Origin: Chloroflexi bacterium RBG_13_51_36
GTDB taxonomy: Bacteria > Chloroflexota > Dehalococcoidia > GIF9 > AB-539-J10
Direction of reading: 5' to 3'
Assembly: GCA_001796515.1 (NCBI GenBank)
Contig: MGMS01000028.1
Coordinates: 4,355 to 68,354 of the forward strand
Length of the DNA stretch: 64,000 nucleotides
Part shown: positions 1 through 9,955 of the stretch, one piece after another
Layout: the number at the start of each line of letters is the position of its first letter
Position numbering within the stretch: the stretch's first letter is position 1
Notes under the pieces: generated by a model
The model's input: the letters and a program-made list of their open reading frames with translations, nothing else
Told to the model about the DNA's origin: nothing
The model's database searches: none
Made by a program: the position numbers and the translations under genes

Positions 1-1115
1 ATATTCATGTCACCTTTTTACCGCATATCGCTGCCACTGATGAAATTAAGACCAAGCCCACTCAACACAGCGTGAACGAGCTAAGGAGAATCGGAATTCA
101 ACCGGATGCTATACTATGCCGTAGCGATAAGGAAATATCTTCTGGGATAAAGGACAAGATATCGCTATTCTGCGATGTAGATAAAGAGGCGGTTATCTCC
201 CTTGTCACCAGCGAGACCATCTATGAAGTGCCCTTGCTGCTTGAGGACGCGGGACTGGGAGAATTCATAGTTCACCGATTGGGATTGAGGGCTGAAAAGA
301 GCGACTTGGGGGAATGGCGGGACATGGTGGCTAGGCTGAAAGCTTCAAAGGAGCCTGTGATTATTGGACTGGTAGGCAAATACGTTGGGCTCCGCGATGC
401 TTACTACTCCGTGCGCGAGGCGTTATGCCATGCAGCATTAGCTCACAACCGCGATGTGAGAATTGAGTGGTTGGATTCAGAACAATTGGATGGCATGGCC
501 GATGACAAGCTAAGGCAAGTTCAGGGCATAATCGTTCCTGGTGGCTTTGGCTATCGAGGGATTGAAGGTATGATAAAAGCTGCTAAGTTCGCTCGAGAAA
601 GACGAATTCCCTACTTGGGTTTGTGCTTGGGGATGCAAGTTATGGTCATCGAACTCGGTCGTGACGCTTTTCATACCGACAAGGTAAATTCCACTGAGTT
701 CGATGCCAGTAGTAGTTATCCTGTTATCGACCTTCTGCCGGAACAGAATGGCGTGAAAGAGAAGGGAGGTACTATGAGGTTAGGGACTTATCCTTGCCAT
801 CTAGTAGAAGGAACAATGGCGGCCCGTGCCTATGGCTCTGAAGTTGTCTATGAGAGGCATCGCCACCGTTATGAGTTCAACAATGATTTCCGCCAGCCAT
901 TGCAGGAAGCCGGTCTTGTGGCCTCCGGGCTGTCCCCGGATGGGAGATTAGTGGAAATTGCTGAAGTACGGGATCATCCCTGGATGGTAGCCTGTCAATT
1001 TCACCCCGAGTTCAAGTCTCGTCCCGATTCTCCCCACCCATTATTCGTAGGGTTTATTGGGGCGGCTAAGGAAACGCTTGTTGAAGGTGCTCAAACCAGC
1101 CTGCCTCTAAACTAA
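1..1115 (+). CDS. pyrG: CTP synthase, C-terminal ~370 aa (5' end lies upstream of window)
   Basis: Frame 3 translation from nt 3 reads IHVTFLPHIAATDEIKTKPTQHSVNELRRIGIQPD..., continuing into the glutamine amidotransferase domain (GLCLGMQ...HRHRYEFN), which matches conserved PyrG blocks. The listed ORF start at 72 is an internal Met. Confidence 0.9.
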   Translation, partial: IHVTFLPHIAATDEIKTKPTQHSVNELRRIGIQPDAILCRSDKEISSGIKDKISLFCDVDKEAVISLVTSETIYEVPLLLEDAGLGEFIVHRLGLRAEKSDLGEWRDMVARLKASKEPVIIGLVGKYVGLRDAYYSVREALCHAALAHNRDVRIEWLDSEQLDGMADDKLRQVQGIIVPGGFGYRGIEGMIKAAKFARERRIPYLGLCLGMQVMVIELGRDAFHTDKVNSTEFDASSSYPVIDLLPEQNGVKEKGGTMRLGTYPCHLVEGTMAARAYGSEVVYERHRHRYEFNNDFRQPLQEAGLVASGLSPDGRLVEIAEVRDHPWMVACQFHPEFKSRPDSPHPLFVGFIGAAKETLVEGAQTSLPLN

Positions 1116-1119
1116 GAAA

Positions 1120-1782
1120 ATGAAGATATTTCTGGATACCGCTAACATAGAACATATTCGTCATGGAGTCGGATTGGGGGTGGTAACTGGGGTTACTACC
1201 AACCCCAGCCTCGTATCGAGAGAAGGCAAAGTTGACTATCGGAAGTTGGTACAGGAAATCTGTGCCATTGTTCCTGGTCCAGTATCAACTGAAGTATTGG
1301 GCCAAGACGTCAAAACGATGGTGACTCAGGCCAGAGAAATAGCGAAATGGGCAGACAATGTGGTGGTCAAGATACCAGCGAGCCTTGAAGGAGTGGAGGC
1401 TACGGCGGTGCTAGCCAAGGAAAACATAAAGGTGAATTTCACTTTGTGCTTCACTTTGAACCAGGTTGTGTTGGGGGCGGCAGCAGGTGCCACTTTTGTG
1501 AGTCCCTTTGTGGGTAGATTAGATGATATCGGTGAGGATGGCATGGGTGTGGTGAGTGATATCGTGGAATACCTCGATTACTATAAGCTGCCTACCCAGG
1601 TTATAGCCGCCAGCATCAGACATCCTCAGCATTGTTTGATGGCAGCGAAGATGGGCGCTCATATTGCAACAGTGCCTTACGAAGTGTTACTACAAATGAT
1701 ACGACACCCTTTAACAGATAGAGGCATCGAGCGTTTTAGAGATGACTGGAAGAACGTGATGGCGAGAGAGGAGTTATTATAG
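1120..1782 (+). CDS. tal: short-type transaldolase / fructose-6-phosphate aldolase family (220 aa)
   Basis: N-terminus MKIFLDTANIEHI...GVTTNPSL is typical of the ~215-aa Tal/Fsa subfamily. It starts 4 nt after the pyrG stop. Confidence 0.8.
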   Translation: MKIFLDTANIEHIRHGVGLGVVTGVTTNPSLVSREGKVDYRKLVQEICAIVPGPVSTEVLGQDVKTMVTQAREIAKWADNVVVKIPASLEGVEATAVLAKENIKVNFTLCFTLNQVVLGAAAGATFVSPFVGRLDDIGEDGMGVVSDIVEYLDYYKLPTQVIAASIRHPQHCLMAAKMGAHIATVPYEVLLQMIRHPLTDRGIERFRDDWKNVMAREELL

Positions 1783-1838
1783 AAGCCCCCCGCAGTACCA
1801 TTGATACATAAAGAAAAGACACTTAGAAAGAGGTCAGT

Positions 1839-3104
1839 ATGTCAACTATAACGCAACTGGAAAGCAAAAACCGGGATGAACTGGAAGCGATGGCTAAAGA
1901 ATGTGGCATTGTTGGGTACACCAATTTAAAGAAATCCGAGCTTGTCTATCGAATACTGCAGGCGGAGGCAGAACAACAGGGAAATATCTTCATAACAGGC
2001 GTTCTTGAAACCATCAGCGAAGGCTATGGCTTCTTGAGGCAAGATACCTTCAGGCGTGGTGCCAATGATGTCTACGTATCAAACTCACAGATTCGGCGTT
2101 TCAACTTGAGGGACGGCGATGCTGTTTGTGGCCAAGCTAGACCTCCCAAGGAAGGCGAAAAATATTACAGTTTGCTCCGAGTAGACGCCATCAACGGGCT
2201 TGACCCTGAATTAGGGAGGACGCGCCGCAATTTCGGTTCGTTGACGCCCACTTTTGCAGATAAGCTCATTGATCTAGAGACAACATCAGATGAGTTATCC
2301 ACTCGTCTGATCAATCTGGTGGCACCTATAGGCCGGGGGCAGAGAGGTCTTATCGTATCGCCGCCTAAGGCAGGCAAGACTGTGCTTCTTCAAAAGATTG
2401 CCAACGCGGCAGCCGCTAAGTACGAGGATATTCACCTTATGGTTTGCCTTATCGGGGAAAGACCCGAAGAAGTCACTGATATGAAGAGGTCAGTTAAGGC
2501 CGAGGTCATTGCTGCCACTTTCGACGAACCGGTAGAAAGCCAGACTAGGGTGGCGGAGTTGGCGTTGGAGAGAGCCAAAAGGTTAGTGGAAATGGGCAAA
2601 GATGTGGTCATACTCCTTGACGGGATCACCAGGCTGACGAGAGCTTACAATTTGGCCTTGCCACCTAGTGGGCGTACCTTATCGGGTGGCATTGATTCAA
2701 CAGCGTTGCATCCTCCCAAGCGATTTTTTGGTACTGCTCGCAACCTTGAGGAGGGAGGGAGTCTGACCATTATTGCCACTTGCCTGGTGGATACCGGCAG
2801 TCGCATGGATGACCTCATCTATGAAGAGTTTAAAGGAACAGGCAATATGGAACTCCACCTCGACAGGAAGTTGGCCGAGCGAAGGATCTTTCCGTCAATA
2901 GATATTATGCCGAGCGGCACGAGGCGAGAGGAGCTTCTGCTGGACGAAAATACCTTGAAGCAAGTGTGGCTGCTCAGGCGTGTGATCAGTATGATAGATA
3001 GCGACTCACCTAATCACGGCGAAGCTACGCAGAGAATCTTGGAACGGTTGGGCAAAACGAAGAATAACGCCGAATTTTTGGCGACTCTGTCTAAAGATAT
3101 CTAG
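1839..3104 (+). CDS. rho: transcription termination factor Rho
   Basis: N-terminal RNA-binding domain, Walker A (SPPKAGKT) and RecA-like ATPase core. 421 aa. A GAGG ribosome-binding site lies upstream. Confidence 0.95.
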   Translation: MSTITQLESKNRDELEAMAKECGIVGYTNLKKSELVYRILQAEAEQQGNIFITGVLETISEGYGFLRQDTFRRGANDVYVSNSQIRRFNLRDGDAVCGQARPPKEGEKYYSLLRVDAINGLDPELGRTRRNFGSLTPTFADKLIDLETTSDELSTRLINLVAPIGRGQRGLIVSPPKAGKTVLLQKIANAAAAKYEDIHLMVCLIGERPEEVTDMKRSVKAEVIAATFDEPVESQTRVAELALERAKRLVEMGKDVVILLDGITRLTRAYNLALPPSGRTLSGGIDSTALHPPKRFFGTARNLEEGGSLTIIATCLVDTGSRMDDLIYEEFKGTGNMELHLDRKLAERRIFPSIDIMPSGTRREELLLDENTLKQVWLLRRVISMIDSDSPNHGEATQRILERLGKTKNNAEFLATLSKDI

Positions 3105-3205
3105 TGAATCTTATGGCGCTCGTCGCCACTCCCGCCGAAGTGAACAAACGAAGCAATCCCACCTGGCTGAGCAAGCTCAAACTGAAGCTTAGAAGGAGCC
3201 TGGGC

Positions 3206-3316
3206 ATGAATATAGTCCTCTGTGAAAGCTGTCAATGGAACTGGAGGACTGCTTGTCACCGCCCGGAACGCCCGAATGCTATCTGGTGCCCTGACTACAG
3301 CAAGAAGGGCAAGTAG
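3206..3316 (+). CDS. hypothetical 36-aa Cys-rich small protein (zinc-ribbon-like CxxC...CH...C)
   Basis: An AGAAGGAGC ribosome-binding site sits 7 nt upstream of ATG 3206. It encodes MNIVLCESCQWNWRTACHRPERPNAIWCPDYSKKGK. It lies inside the longer listed ORF 3104..3316, whose first 34 codons overlap the rho stop region and have no RBS. Confidence 0.25.
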   Translation: MNIVLCESCQWNWRTACHRPERPNAIWCPDYSKKGK

Positions 3317-3328
3317 CCAGGTTCCCCC

Positions 3329-4525
3329 TTACCGGAGCTGGTCTCTAGAGTAGTCGAGAACCCTTCTGGCCACGATGAGCATATTAATCTGACCCGTTCC
3401 TTCAAAGATGTCATTTATTTTGGCATCCCGCATCCACTTCTCCAACAGGTATTTTCGAGAATAGCCCAACGGTCCCATGATCTCGACTGCTTTCTGAGTG
3501 ATTTTGGTAACGGCAAGGCCAGCTTTTGCCTTAGCCATCGATGCCTCCAGATTATTGGGTTGAAGCTGGCTCATCATCCAGAGAGCTCGTAGCGTAAGCA
3601 GCTTGGCTGCTTTGAAATTTGCTTCCATTTCTATTATATCCCGTTCTAGCGCAGTGAGCTTCTGCTTGGGTACGCCATAGCGTATCGTGACGCCTTCCTT
3701 CTCCACTGTTTCCTCAACGAAATCGAGGGCGGCGCGTCCGACACCAATGGCCATAGCAGCCACGATAGGCCGTGTGGCATCGAATGTTGCCATTGCGCCT
3801 TTGAAGCCTTTGGTTTCGCTCCTGGCTACCTTTTTAACCTCCGGGCTGCCCAGTATGTTTTCAAAGGGAATACGACAATTGTCGAAAATGAGAGTAGCTG
3901 TATCACTGGCCCTGATCCCGAGCTTCTTCTCGAGCTTCTCCACTCTCATTCCCGGAGTTCCAGCTGGCACCACGAAGGATTTCATTCCGGCTCGTCCTGC
4001 CGATTTGTCCACAGTCGCCCAGACTACCACTAGGCCGCCAGGATTCTCTGCGGCGCGCTTCCCCCAGGTGACAAAGATCTTCTCGCCATTGAGCACCCAC
4101 TCGGGACCGTCACGGACAGCGGTGGTACTGATGGCAGAAGTGTCTGAGCCGCAACCGGGCTCTGTCATCGCCATGGCTCCCCATTTCGGTTCTCCTTCAT
4201 TGAAATTGCCCAGAAAACGCTGCAGTTGCTCTTTTGTGCCCGAGGCAAAGATAGCAGCACCCCCAAGTCCCGGACCGGGAACGCACAAGAAAAGACCCGC
4301 GTCTCCCCAACACAGCTCTTCGATTCTGAGAGATGCTGTAACATCCAGACCAAGGGCTAATGTACCTTTGTTTCTTTCCCCCCAGGTCTTGTCAATGAGT
4401 TCCTGAGGGCTTTCGTGTTCATGTTCATCGTAATGACGGCTTATAGGCCGAAATAACTCTTCGGCAAACTGGTGAGCTACCTTCACCGCTTCTTTTTGCT
4501 CGGGAGTCAGTTCAAAATCTATCAT
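3329..4525 (-). CDS. acyl-CoA dehydrogenase (398 aa; catalytic-base Glu retained in IFEGTGQI)
   Basis: ACAD N-, middle- and C-terminal domains are present. An AAGGAGGT ribosome-binding site lies in the 16-nt gap after the upstream ACAD gene. Confidence 0.85.
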   Translation of the reverse strand: MIDFELTPEQKEAVKVAHQFAEELFRPISRHYDEHEHESPQELIDKTWGERNKGTLALGLDVTASLRIEELCWGDAGLFLCVPGPGLGGAAIFASGTKEQLQRFLGNFNEGEPKWGAMAMTEPGCGSDTSAISTTAVRDGPEWVLNGEKIFVTWGKRAAENPGGLVVVWATVDKSAGRAGMKSFVVPAGTPGMRVEKLEKKLGIRASDTATLIFDNCRIPFENILGSPEVKKVARSETKGFKGAMATFDATRPIVAAMAIGVGRAALDFVEETVEKEGVTIRYGVPKQKLTALERDIIEMEANFKAAKLLTLRALWMMSQLQPNNLEASMAKAKAGLAVTKITQKAVEIMGPLGYSRKYLLEKWMRDAKINDIFEGTGQINMLIVARRVLDYSRDQLR

Positions 4526-4541
4526 TATCCAGTACCTCCTT

Positions 4542-5636
4542 CTATACTATAGCCATGCCGTCAAAGGTGACAAAACCGCGCCCATTCCTCAACCAAAGCT
4601 CCACAGGGTGCTCGCGGACATAACCATGTCCACCCAGAATCTGCACGGCACGATCAGTCGCCATCATAACCATATCGTCGGCGTACGCCTTTACCAGGGA
4701 TGCTTCTTTGGTCGCATCTTCGTTTCGATCCAACTTCCAGGCGGCCTCCCAGGTCATTAGTCTGGTGGCATCGATTTCAATTGCCATCTCTGCCAGCATG
4801 AAGGCAATTCCTTGACGGGAAGCGATTGGCTCTCCAAAGGCAACACGCTCTTTGGCATAGTCTCTTGAATATTCCAAGGCAGCTTTGGCTACCCCTACAG
4901 CCATTGCCGAGAGTGCCACGCGCGACCGATTCAGGATACGGTTATAATCGCATCCCTTTTCACCGCCCAACCGGTTCTCCTTAGGAATGCGGCAGTCTTT
5001 CAAGCCAATCTCGTACGTGGCCAGAGCTCTTATGCCCATATTCTTCTCCCGCTCACCGACTTCAAGGCCGGTTGCACCTTTTTCAACGACGAAAGCCTGA
5101 GTGTTGCCATTTTCTGCTGCGTAGATAAGGAACAAGTCAGCTGCAGCAGCCATTGGCACGTAGCACTTCCCGCCATTAAGAACATATTCGTCGCCGTCAG
5201 GTCGGACAACGGTTGACAGAGAGTGAGGGTCGAAACCGAATCGTGGCTCGATGAGTGCAGCAGTAGCTGTCTTGTACCTCTCACCACCGAAAAGGGGCAA
5301 GTATTTCTCTCTCTGCCTCTCAGTACCCATCTCGAGGATGGGATAGGCAAACAGAGCCGGACACAGAATGTGCAGTGCCATTGAAAGATCGCCCCAGGCG
5401 AGCTCCTCTGCTATCAACGAACCTGTGATGGCTGAATGCTCCCCACCGGGTCCACCGTAGTCCTCAGGTATGCCGCTGGAAACAAATCCCATGTTCCAAG
5501 CGGTATCTATAACAGTGTCGGGAATCTCGCCACTCTCGTCGCATTGCCGGTAGATTTTGCGCATCTCATCATTGGCAAACTGTTTTGCCATGCTCACGAT
5601 CATTTGCTGTTCTTCCGTTGGGCTAAACGAAATCAT
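4542..5636 (-). CDS. acyl-CoA dehydrogenase family protein, short variant (364 aa; YEG motif replaced by FDG and the last helix is absent)
   Basis: ACAD fold throughout, but the protein ends ...LRNGRGFVTFDGMAIV right after the position of the catalytic Glu, which is Asp here. It is the first gene of a two-gene ACAD operon. Confidence 0.8.
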   Translation of the reverse strand: MISFSPTEEQQMIVSMAKQFANDEMRKIYRQCDESGEIPDTVIDTAWNMGFVSSGIPEDYGGPGGEHSAITGSLIAEELAWGDLSMALHILCPALFAYPILEMGTERQREKYLPLFGGERYKTATAALIEPRFGFDPHSLSTVVRPDGDEYVLNGGKCYVPMAAAADLFLIYAAENGNTQAFVVEKGATGLEVGEREKNMGIRALATYEIGLKDCRIPKENRLGGEKGCDYNRILNRSRVALSAMAVGVAKAALEYSRDYAKERVAFGEPIASRQGIAFMLAEMAIEIDATRLMTWEAAWKLDRNEDATKEASLVKAYADDMVMMATDRAVQILGGHGYVREHPVELWLRNGRGFVTFDGMAIV

Positions 5637-5919
5637 ATTACGCTCCTTTCAACGCGGGTCGTGGCTTGAATGCTTGCAGTTGGCAGCATGTCTTTGATCA
5701 GCAATTGGCCGGGACGCTGTATTATATATGATGCGGCGAAAACTTCCAAAGGGTATATGATGCCCTGATTGACATTAAAGCTAACAACTTCTAAAATCAA
5801 GAAAGCGGGTAAGTCATCCCATGAGAATTCTGCAGTTTTCGTGGGGACCTGCTCTGGTCCAAACTGAGTTTGCTGAAGGTCCCAGAAGGTCGCAGGACAC
5901 ATTGGAGTTGATTTAGTAA

Positions 5920-8568
5920 GTGACTGGTGACGAACTTAGGCAAGCGTTTCTGAGTTTCTTTCAGAACAGAGGACACAAGATCATACCTAGCTCTTCCTTG
6001 GTGCCTCATAAAGACCCCACTTTACTATTGACTAGCGCAGGCATGGTACAAATCAAGCCATATTACCTGGGATTGGAGACCCCACCTGGCCCACGATTAG
6101 CTTCCTGCCAGAAGTGTTTCCGCACCACTGATATAGATTCGGTCGGCGATAGCAAGCATCTTACCTTCTTCGAAATGCTGGGCAATTTCAGTGTCGGTGA
6201 TTATTTCAAGAAGGAAACTATTGCCTGGGCCTGGGAGTTCGTCAGCAGATATTTGAAACTGCCCGAGGAGCGGCTATGGATAACCATCTACCTCGACGAT
6301 GACGATGCCTTCGCTTACTGGCGAGAAATTGGCATTCCTGCCGGTAAGATATTGCGATTCGGTGCAGAGGATAATTTCTGGGGGCCCGTAGGCGATTCCG
6401 GCCCGTGCGGACCGTGCAGCGAAATTCACTATGACCTGGGTGAGGAATTTGGCTGCGGTAAGGCTGAATGTGGGCCCAATTGTGGGTGCGGCCGCTTCTC
6501 GGAAATATGGAATCTGGTATTTACTCAATATAATCAGGGGAAGGACGGACAGCGCACTCGTTTGCCAAAGCCTAACATTGATACAGGCATGGGACTCGAG
6601 AGGACTCTGGCTGTTATCCAGGGCAAGTCAACGCCTTATGAAACAAACCTGTTCTCACCTTTGATAGACCACATCTGCAGCTTATCTGACAAAGCGTATG
6701 GTCGCGATGAGAATGCCGACCGGGCAATCAGGATTGTGGCCGAGCATTCACGCGGCATTGCATTTCTTATCGCCGACGGCGTGATGCCTTCCAACGAGGG
6801 TAGAGGATATGTATTGCGACGAATACTGAGGCGCGCTGCGCTCTTCGGCAGGAAACTGGGATTGGACGGCCCTTTTCTTAATGCGATGGCTGAAGTTGTC
6901 GTTGGTACGATGAGCCACATATATCCTGAGCTTACCGCTAACCAGAGCTTGATTGACGAGGTAATTAGAGTTGAGGAAGGCAAGTTCATTGCCACGCTGG
7001 ATTCTGGACTTAACCTGGTGGAAAAGGTGATTGGCGAAGCTTCAGCGCAGGGGAGAAACGAACTGACAAGCGACGAAATATTCAGGCTCTATGATACCTA
7101 CGGCTTTCCCGCGGAGCTAACCGCTGAGATTGCCCGAGAAAGAGGCCTGACTATAGACTGGGAAGGCTTTCAGGCTGAGATGGAGAAGCAGCGAAAAAGG
7201 GCTAGAGCAGCGCGGAAAGCAGGTGTAACGGTGGGCCTAAAGGTCGAGGCTTCTGCTGTGTACACTCGTGGTGGTCCCGAGTTTGTTGGTGATAGAACTC
7301 TTAAGCATCGTTCTACCGTTGCGGCCTTACTTCTTGAGGGCAAATCGCTGGAAGATCAAGTGAACTCTGCGTGTCAAGGTCAGAACGTGCGGGTGGTATT
7401 GCGTGCGACACCCTTCTATGGCGAGATGGGTGGGCAGGTAGGCGATATTGGGGAAATCCGTGGCGAAAGGGGAAAGATCGTGGTTTCTGATACTGTGAGG
7501 TATGCAGTCAAGGGCAAGGAACGCATAGTCCATCTAGGGAAGGTTGTCGAAGGGCAGATATCAGTGAAGGACTCTGTGGAAGCCGAAGTCGAGCAAGAAC
7601 GCCGACTGGATATTGCTTGCAACCATACGGCCACTCATCTTCTCCAAGCTGCTCTGAGGCAGATTCTGGGCAGCCGTGTTTATCAGAAAGGATCTCTAGT
7701 AGGGCCGGACAGGTTTAGATTCGACTTCTCTCATATGGCTTCAATAACCAACGAAGAACTCAAGGGAATTCAGAGACAGGTTAATGAATGGATACGCCAG
7801 AACCTGAAAGTGAAGTCAAGAAGACTATCCTACACACAGGCCGTTGCTGAGGGTGCTATCGCTTTGTTCGAGGAGAAGTACGGAGATGAAGTTCGGATGC
7901 TGGAAATCGGTGAGCCGCCGATAAGCAAAGAACTCTGTGGTGGTACTCATGTGAGTTCGACGGGACAAATCGGCATGTTTATGATAACCAATGAAAGCAG
8001 CATCGGCACGGGATTGCACCGTATCGAGGCGCTAACAGGCAGGAAAGCCGAATCTCTGATCGAGTCTCGCCTAACTGCCTTGGAAGATGTGGCCAAGCAG
8101 ATAGAAAGTTCGCTGGACGAGGTTTCCGGCAAGGTGAAGGTCATCATTGATGAACTGGAGGTGGAGCGCAAGAGAGCGCTGGCGCTGGAAAGGGAGCTAT
8201 CGCGCAGAATAGCCGAGGATTTGCTTGGCCAGGCACAGGAGGTCAGCGGTGTGAAAGTTTTGGTTGCCAGAGTACAATCGTTGACTGTGCCTACTCTGAG
8301 GGAAATGGGCGATATGTTACGGGAAAGGCTAAAGAGCGCCGTGATTGTCCTGGCCACGGTCTATAATGGTAAGCCTAACTTCTTGGCCATGGTAACTCCT
8401 GACCTGATAGCCAAGGGGTTTCATGCCGGCGACATTATTAATCAAGTAGCTAAGGTTACTGGTGGGGGTGGTGGTGGCAAGGCTGGTATGGCTCAAGCTG
8501 GCGGTAGAGATACCGCCAAAACTGACGAAGCGTTGAAATTAGTCCATAAACTGATTCAAAAGGTTTGA
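5920..8568 (+). CDS. alaS: alanine--tRNA ligase
   Basis: 882 aa. Class II aaRS core, editing domain HxxxH motifs (CNHTATHLL) and a C-terminal Gly-rich DHHA1-like tail. Confidence 0.95.
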   Translation: MTGDELRQAFLSFFQNRGHKIIPSSSLVPHKDPTLLLTSAGMVQIKPYYLGLETPPGPRLASCQKCFRTTDIDSVGDSKHLTFFEMLGNFSVGDYFKKETIAWAWEFVSRYLKLPEERLWITIYLDDDDAFAYWREIGIPAGKILRFGAEDNFWGPVGDSGPCGPCSEIHYDLGEEFGCGKAECGPNCGCGRFSEIWNLVFTQYNQGKDGQRTRLPKPNIDTGMGLERTLAVIQGKSTPYETNLFSPLIDHICSLSDKAYGRDENADRAIRIVAEHSRGIAFLIADGVMPSNEGRGYVLRRILRRAALFGRKLGLDGPFLNAMAEVVVGTMSHIYPELTANQSLIDEVIRVEEGKFIATLDSGLNLVEKVIGEASAQGRNELTSDEIFRLYDTYGFPAELTAEIARERGLTIDWEGFQAEMEKQRKRARAARKAGVTVGLKVEASAVYTRGGPEFVGDRTLKHRSTVAALLLEGKSLEDQVNSACQGQNVRVVLRATPFYGEMGGQVGDIGEIRGERGKIVVSDTVRYAVKGKERIVHLGKVVEGQISVKDSVEAEVEQERRLDIACNHTATHLLQAALRQILGSRVYQKGSLVGPDRFRFDFSHMASITNEELKGIQRQVNEWIRQNLKVKSRRLSYTQAVAEGAIALFEEKYGDEVRMLEIGEPPISKELCGGTHVSSTGQIGMFMITNESSIGTGLHRIEALTGRKAESLIESRLTALEDVAKQIESSLDEVSGKVKVIIDELEVERKRALALERELSRRIAEDLLGQAQEVSGVKVLVARVQSLTVPTLREMGDMLRERLKSAVIVLATVYNGKPNFLAMVTPDLIAKGFHAGDIINQVAKVTGGGGGGKAGMAQAGGRDTAKTDEALKLVHKLIQKV

Positions 8569-8569
8569 T

Positions 8570-9061
8570 ATGCGTAGCCTGGGACTAGATGTGGGAGATA
8601 GAAGGACCGGGGTGGCGATAAGCGACCCTCAGGGCATCTTAGCTACTCCCTTGTCCGTGCTTGTCAGCAAAGATGATGGTGCCCTGATAGATGAAGTTCT
8701 GGGGCTTGTGAAGCAGCACAAAGCCGAGCGCCTTGTAATTGGTCTGCCCCGCCACCTGACCGGGGAATTGGGTAAACAGGCTGGCAAGGTGGCGAGTCTT
8801 GTGGACAGATTGTCGTGCGCGGCGAGGGAACGGGGTCTCAATCAGCTTGATATTCAGCTATGGGACGAACGACTCTCTACTAAAGCCGCGGAGCGGCTAA
8901 AGAGAGGCGGTGATGGAGCGACGAAACTGCGGACCAGGGCGAAACGGGGAACCAGAGGCCACAGTTCTTTTGTTAAGGCCGGAGTGGATGCCATAGCGGC
9001 GGCCCTTATCCTCCAGGGTTTTCTCGATAGACACCGCCAGAATGACAGCGGAGCACCTTAA
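8570..9061 (+). CDS. ruvX: putative pre-16S rRNA nuclease / Holliday-junction resolvase-like YqgF
   Basis: MRSLGLDVGDRRTGVAISD...LVIGLP is the YqgF/RuvX signature. It carries a basic C-terminal extension. The ATG lies 1 nt after the alaS stop. Confidence 0.85.
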   Translation: MRSLGLDVGDRRTGVAISDPQGILATPLSVLVSKDDGALIDEVLGLVKQHKAERLVIGLPRHLTGELGKQAGKVASLVDRLSCAARERGLNQLDIQLWDERLSTKAAERLKRGGDGATKLRTRAKRGTRGHSSFVKAGVDAIAAALILQGFLDRHRQNDSGAP

Positions 9062-9064
9062 ACG

Positions 9065-9955
9065 ATGTCGAAATACATCGGTCTAATTGGTTATCCCCTT
9101 AAGCATTCTATCTCTCCTTATTTCCAGCAGGCGGCTCTTGATTACTATCATCTTGATATCTGCTATGAGGCCTGGGAGAGAGAGCCGGCCCAGCTTGGAA
9201 ATGTAGTGAATGATTTGAGAGGGCCTCAAAATGTTGGCGCCAACGTAACTGTGCCGCATAAGGAAACGGTTTTGCTTCTGTTAGACGAAATCGATGACCT
9301 GGCAAGCTCCATCGGGGCTGTCAACACTATAGTCAAAAAGGATGACAGGCTTGTCGGCTCTAATACCGACGCGTATGGTTTTGCCGAGGCGCTAGAGAAA
9401 GAAGGGCACTTTGTCCCGGCAGGAAAACGGGTGGTCCTATTGGGCGCTGGTGGAGTCGCTAGAGCAGTCGGGTTTATTCTGGCACAGAGGAAAGCTGCCT
9501 CACTATCCATTACAGATGGTGTCTTTGAGCGCGCCACGGCATTGGCCGAGAATCTGGCGAGGTATGTTGAGCGGACTGTACCGGGTCACAAGTACCGGGA
9601 GCCGGATATCAGCGCTTTTCGGTGGCAGAGCTTGGAATCCGGCAAGGCCCTTGAAGATTGCCATTTAATAGTCCATTGCACTACCTTAGGAATGAAGGAC
9701 GGTCCTCAAGAGGGACAATCGCCTTTGAATTTCGAAGTGATTCCTAAGAATGTCCTGGTTTATGACGTTGTATACAATCCCCGGATGACGCCATTGCTGG
9801 AGTTGGCACAGAAGGCTGGAGCGAATATACTTGGCGGCTTGGCTATGTTAGTATATCAGGGAGCGGCTTCGTTCAAGCTGTGGACAGGAAGGGAACCTCC
9901 GGTGGACATAATGTTTACCAAAGCTAAAGAAGCGTTGGCAGGGGGAAAGGCGTGA
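9065..9955 (+). CDS. aroE: shikimate dehydrogenase
   Basis: GLIGYPLKHSISP plus NVTVPHK substrate motifs and a GAGGVARA Rossmann motif. Confidence 0.85.
   Translation: MSKYIGLIGYPLKHSISPYFQQAALDYYHLDICYEAWEREPAQLGNVVNDLRGPQNVGANVTVPHKETVLLLLDEIDDLASSIGAVNTIVKKDDRLVGSNTDAYGFAEALEKEGHFVPAGKRVVLLGAGGVARAVGFILAQRKAASLSITDGVFERATALAENLARYVERTVPGHKYREPDISAFRWQSLESGKALEDCHLIVHCTTLGMKDGPQEGQSPLNFEVIPKNVLVYDVVYNPRMTPLLELAQKAGANILGGLAMLVYQGAASFKLWTGREPPVDIMFTKAKEALAGGKA

Noticed and set aside
3104-3316. ORF after rho as ribosomal protein L31 (rpmE), which often follows rho
   Set aside because: The translation has none of the L31 conserved residues. Only the C-terminal 36-aa portion has an RBS and is kept as a tentative micro-protein.
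3687-4406. Long antisense ORFs, for example 3687..4406 (+), 11103..11741 (-), 11375..11878 (-), 13902..15089 (+), 38149..38652 (+), 40579..41349 (+), 51611..52594 (+), 59580..60131 (+)
   Set aside because: Each lies entirely opposite a well-supported protein-coding gene. They have low-complexity Ala/Arg/Pro/Ser-rich translations typical of GC-rich antisense frames, and no RBS.
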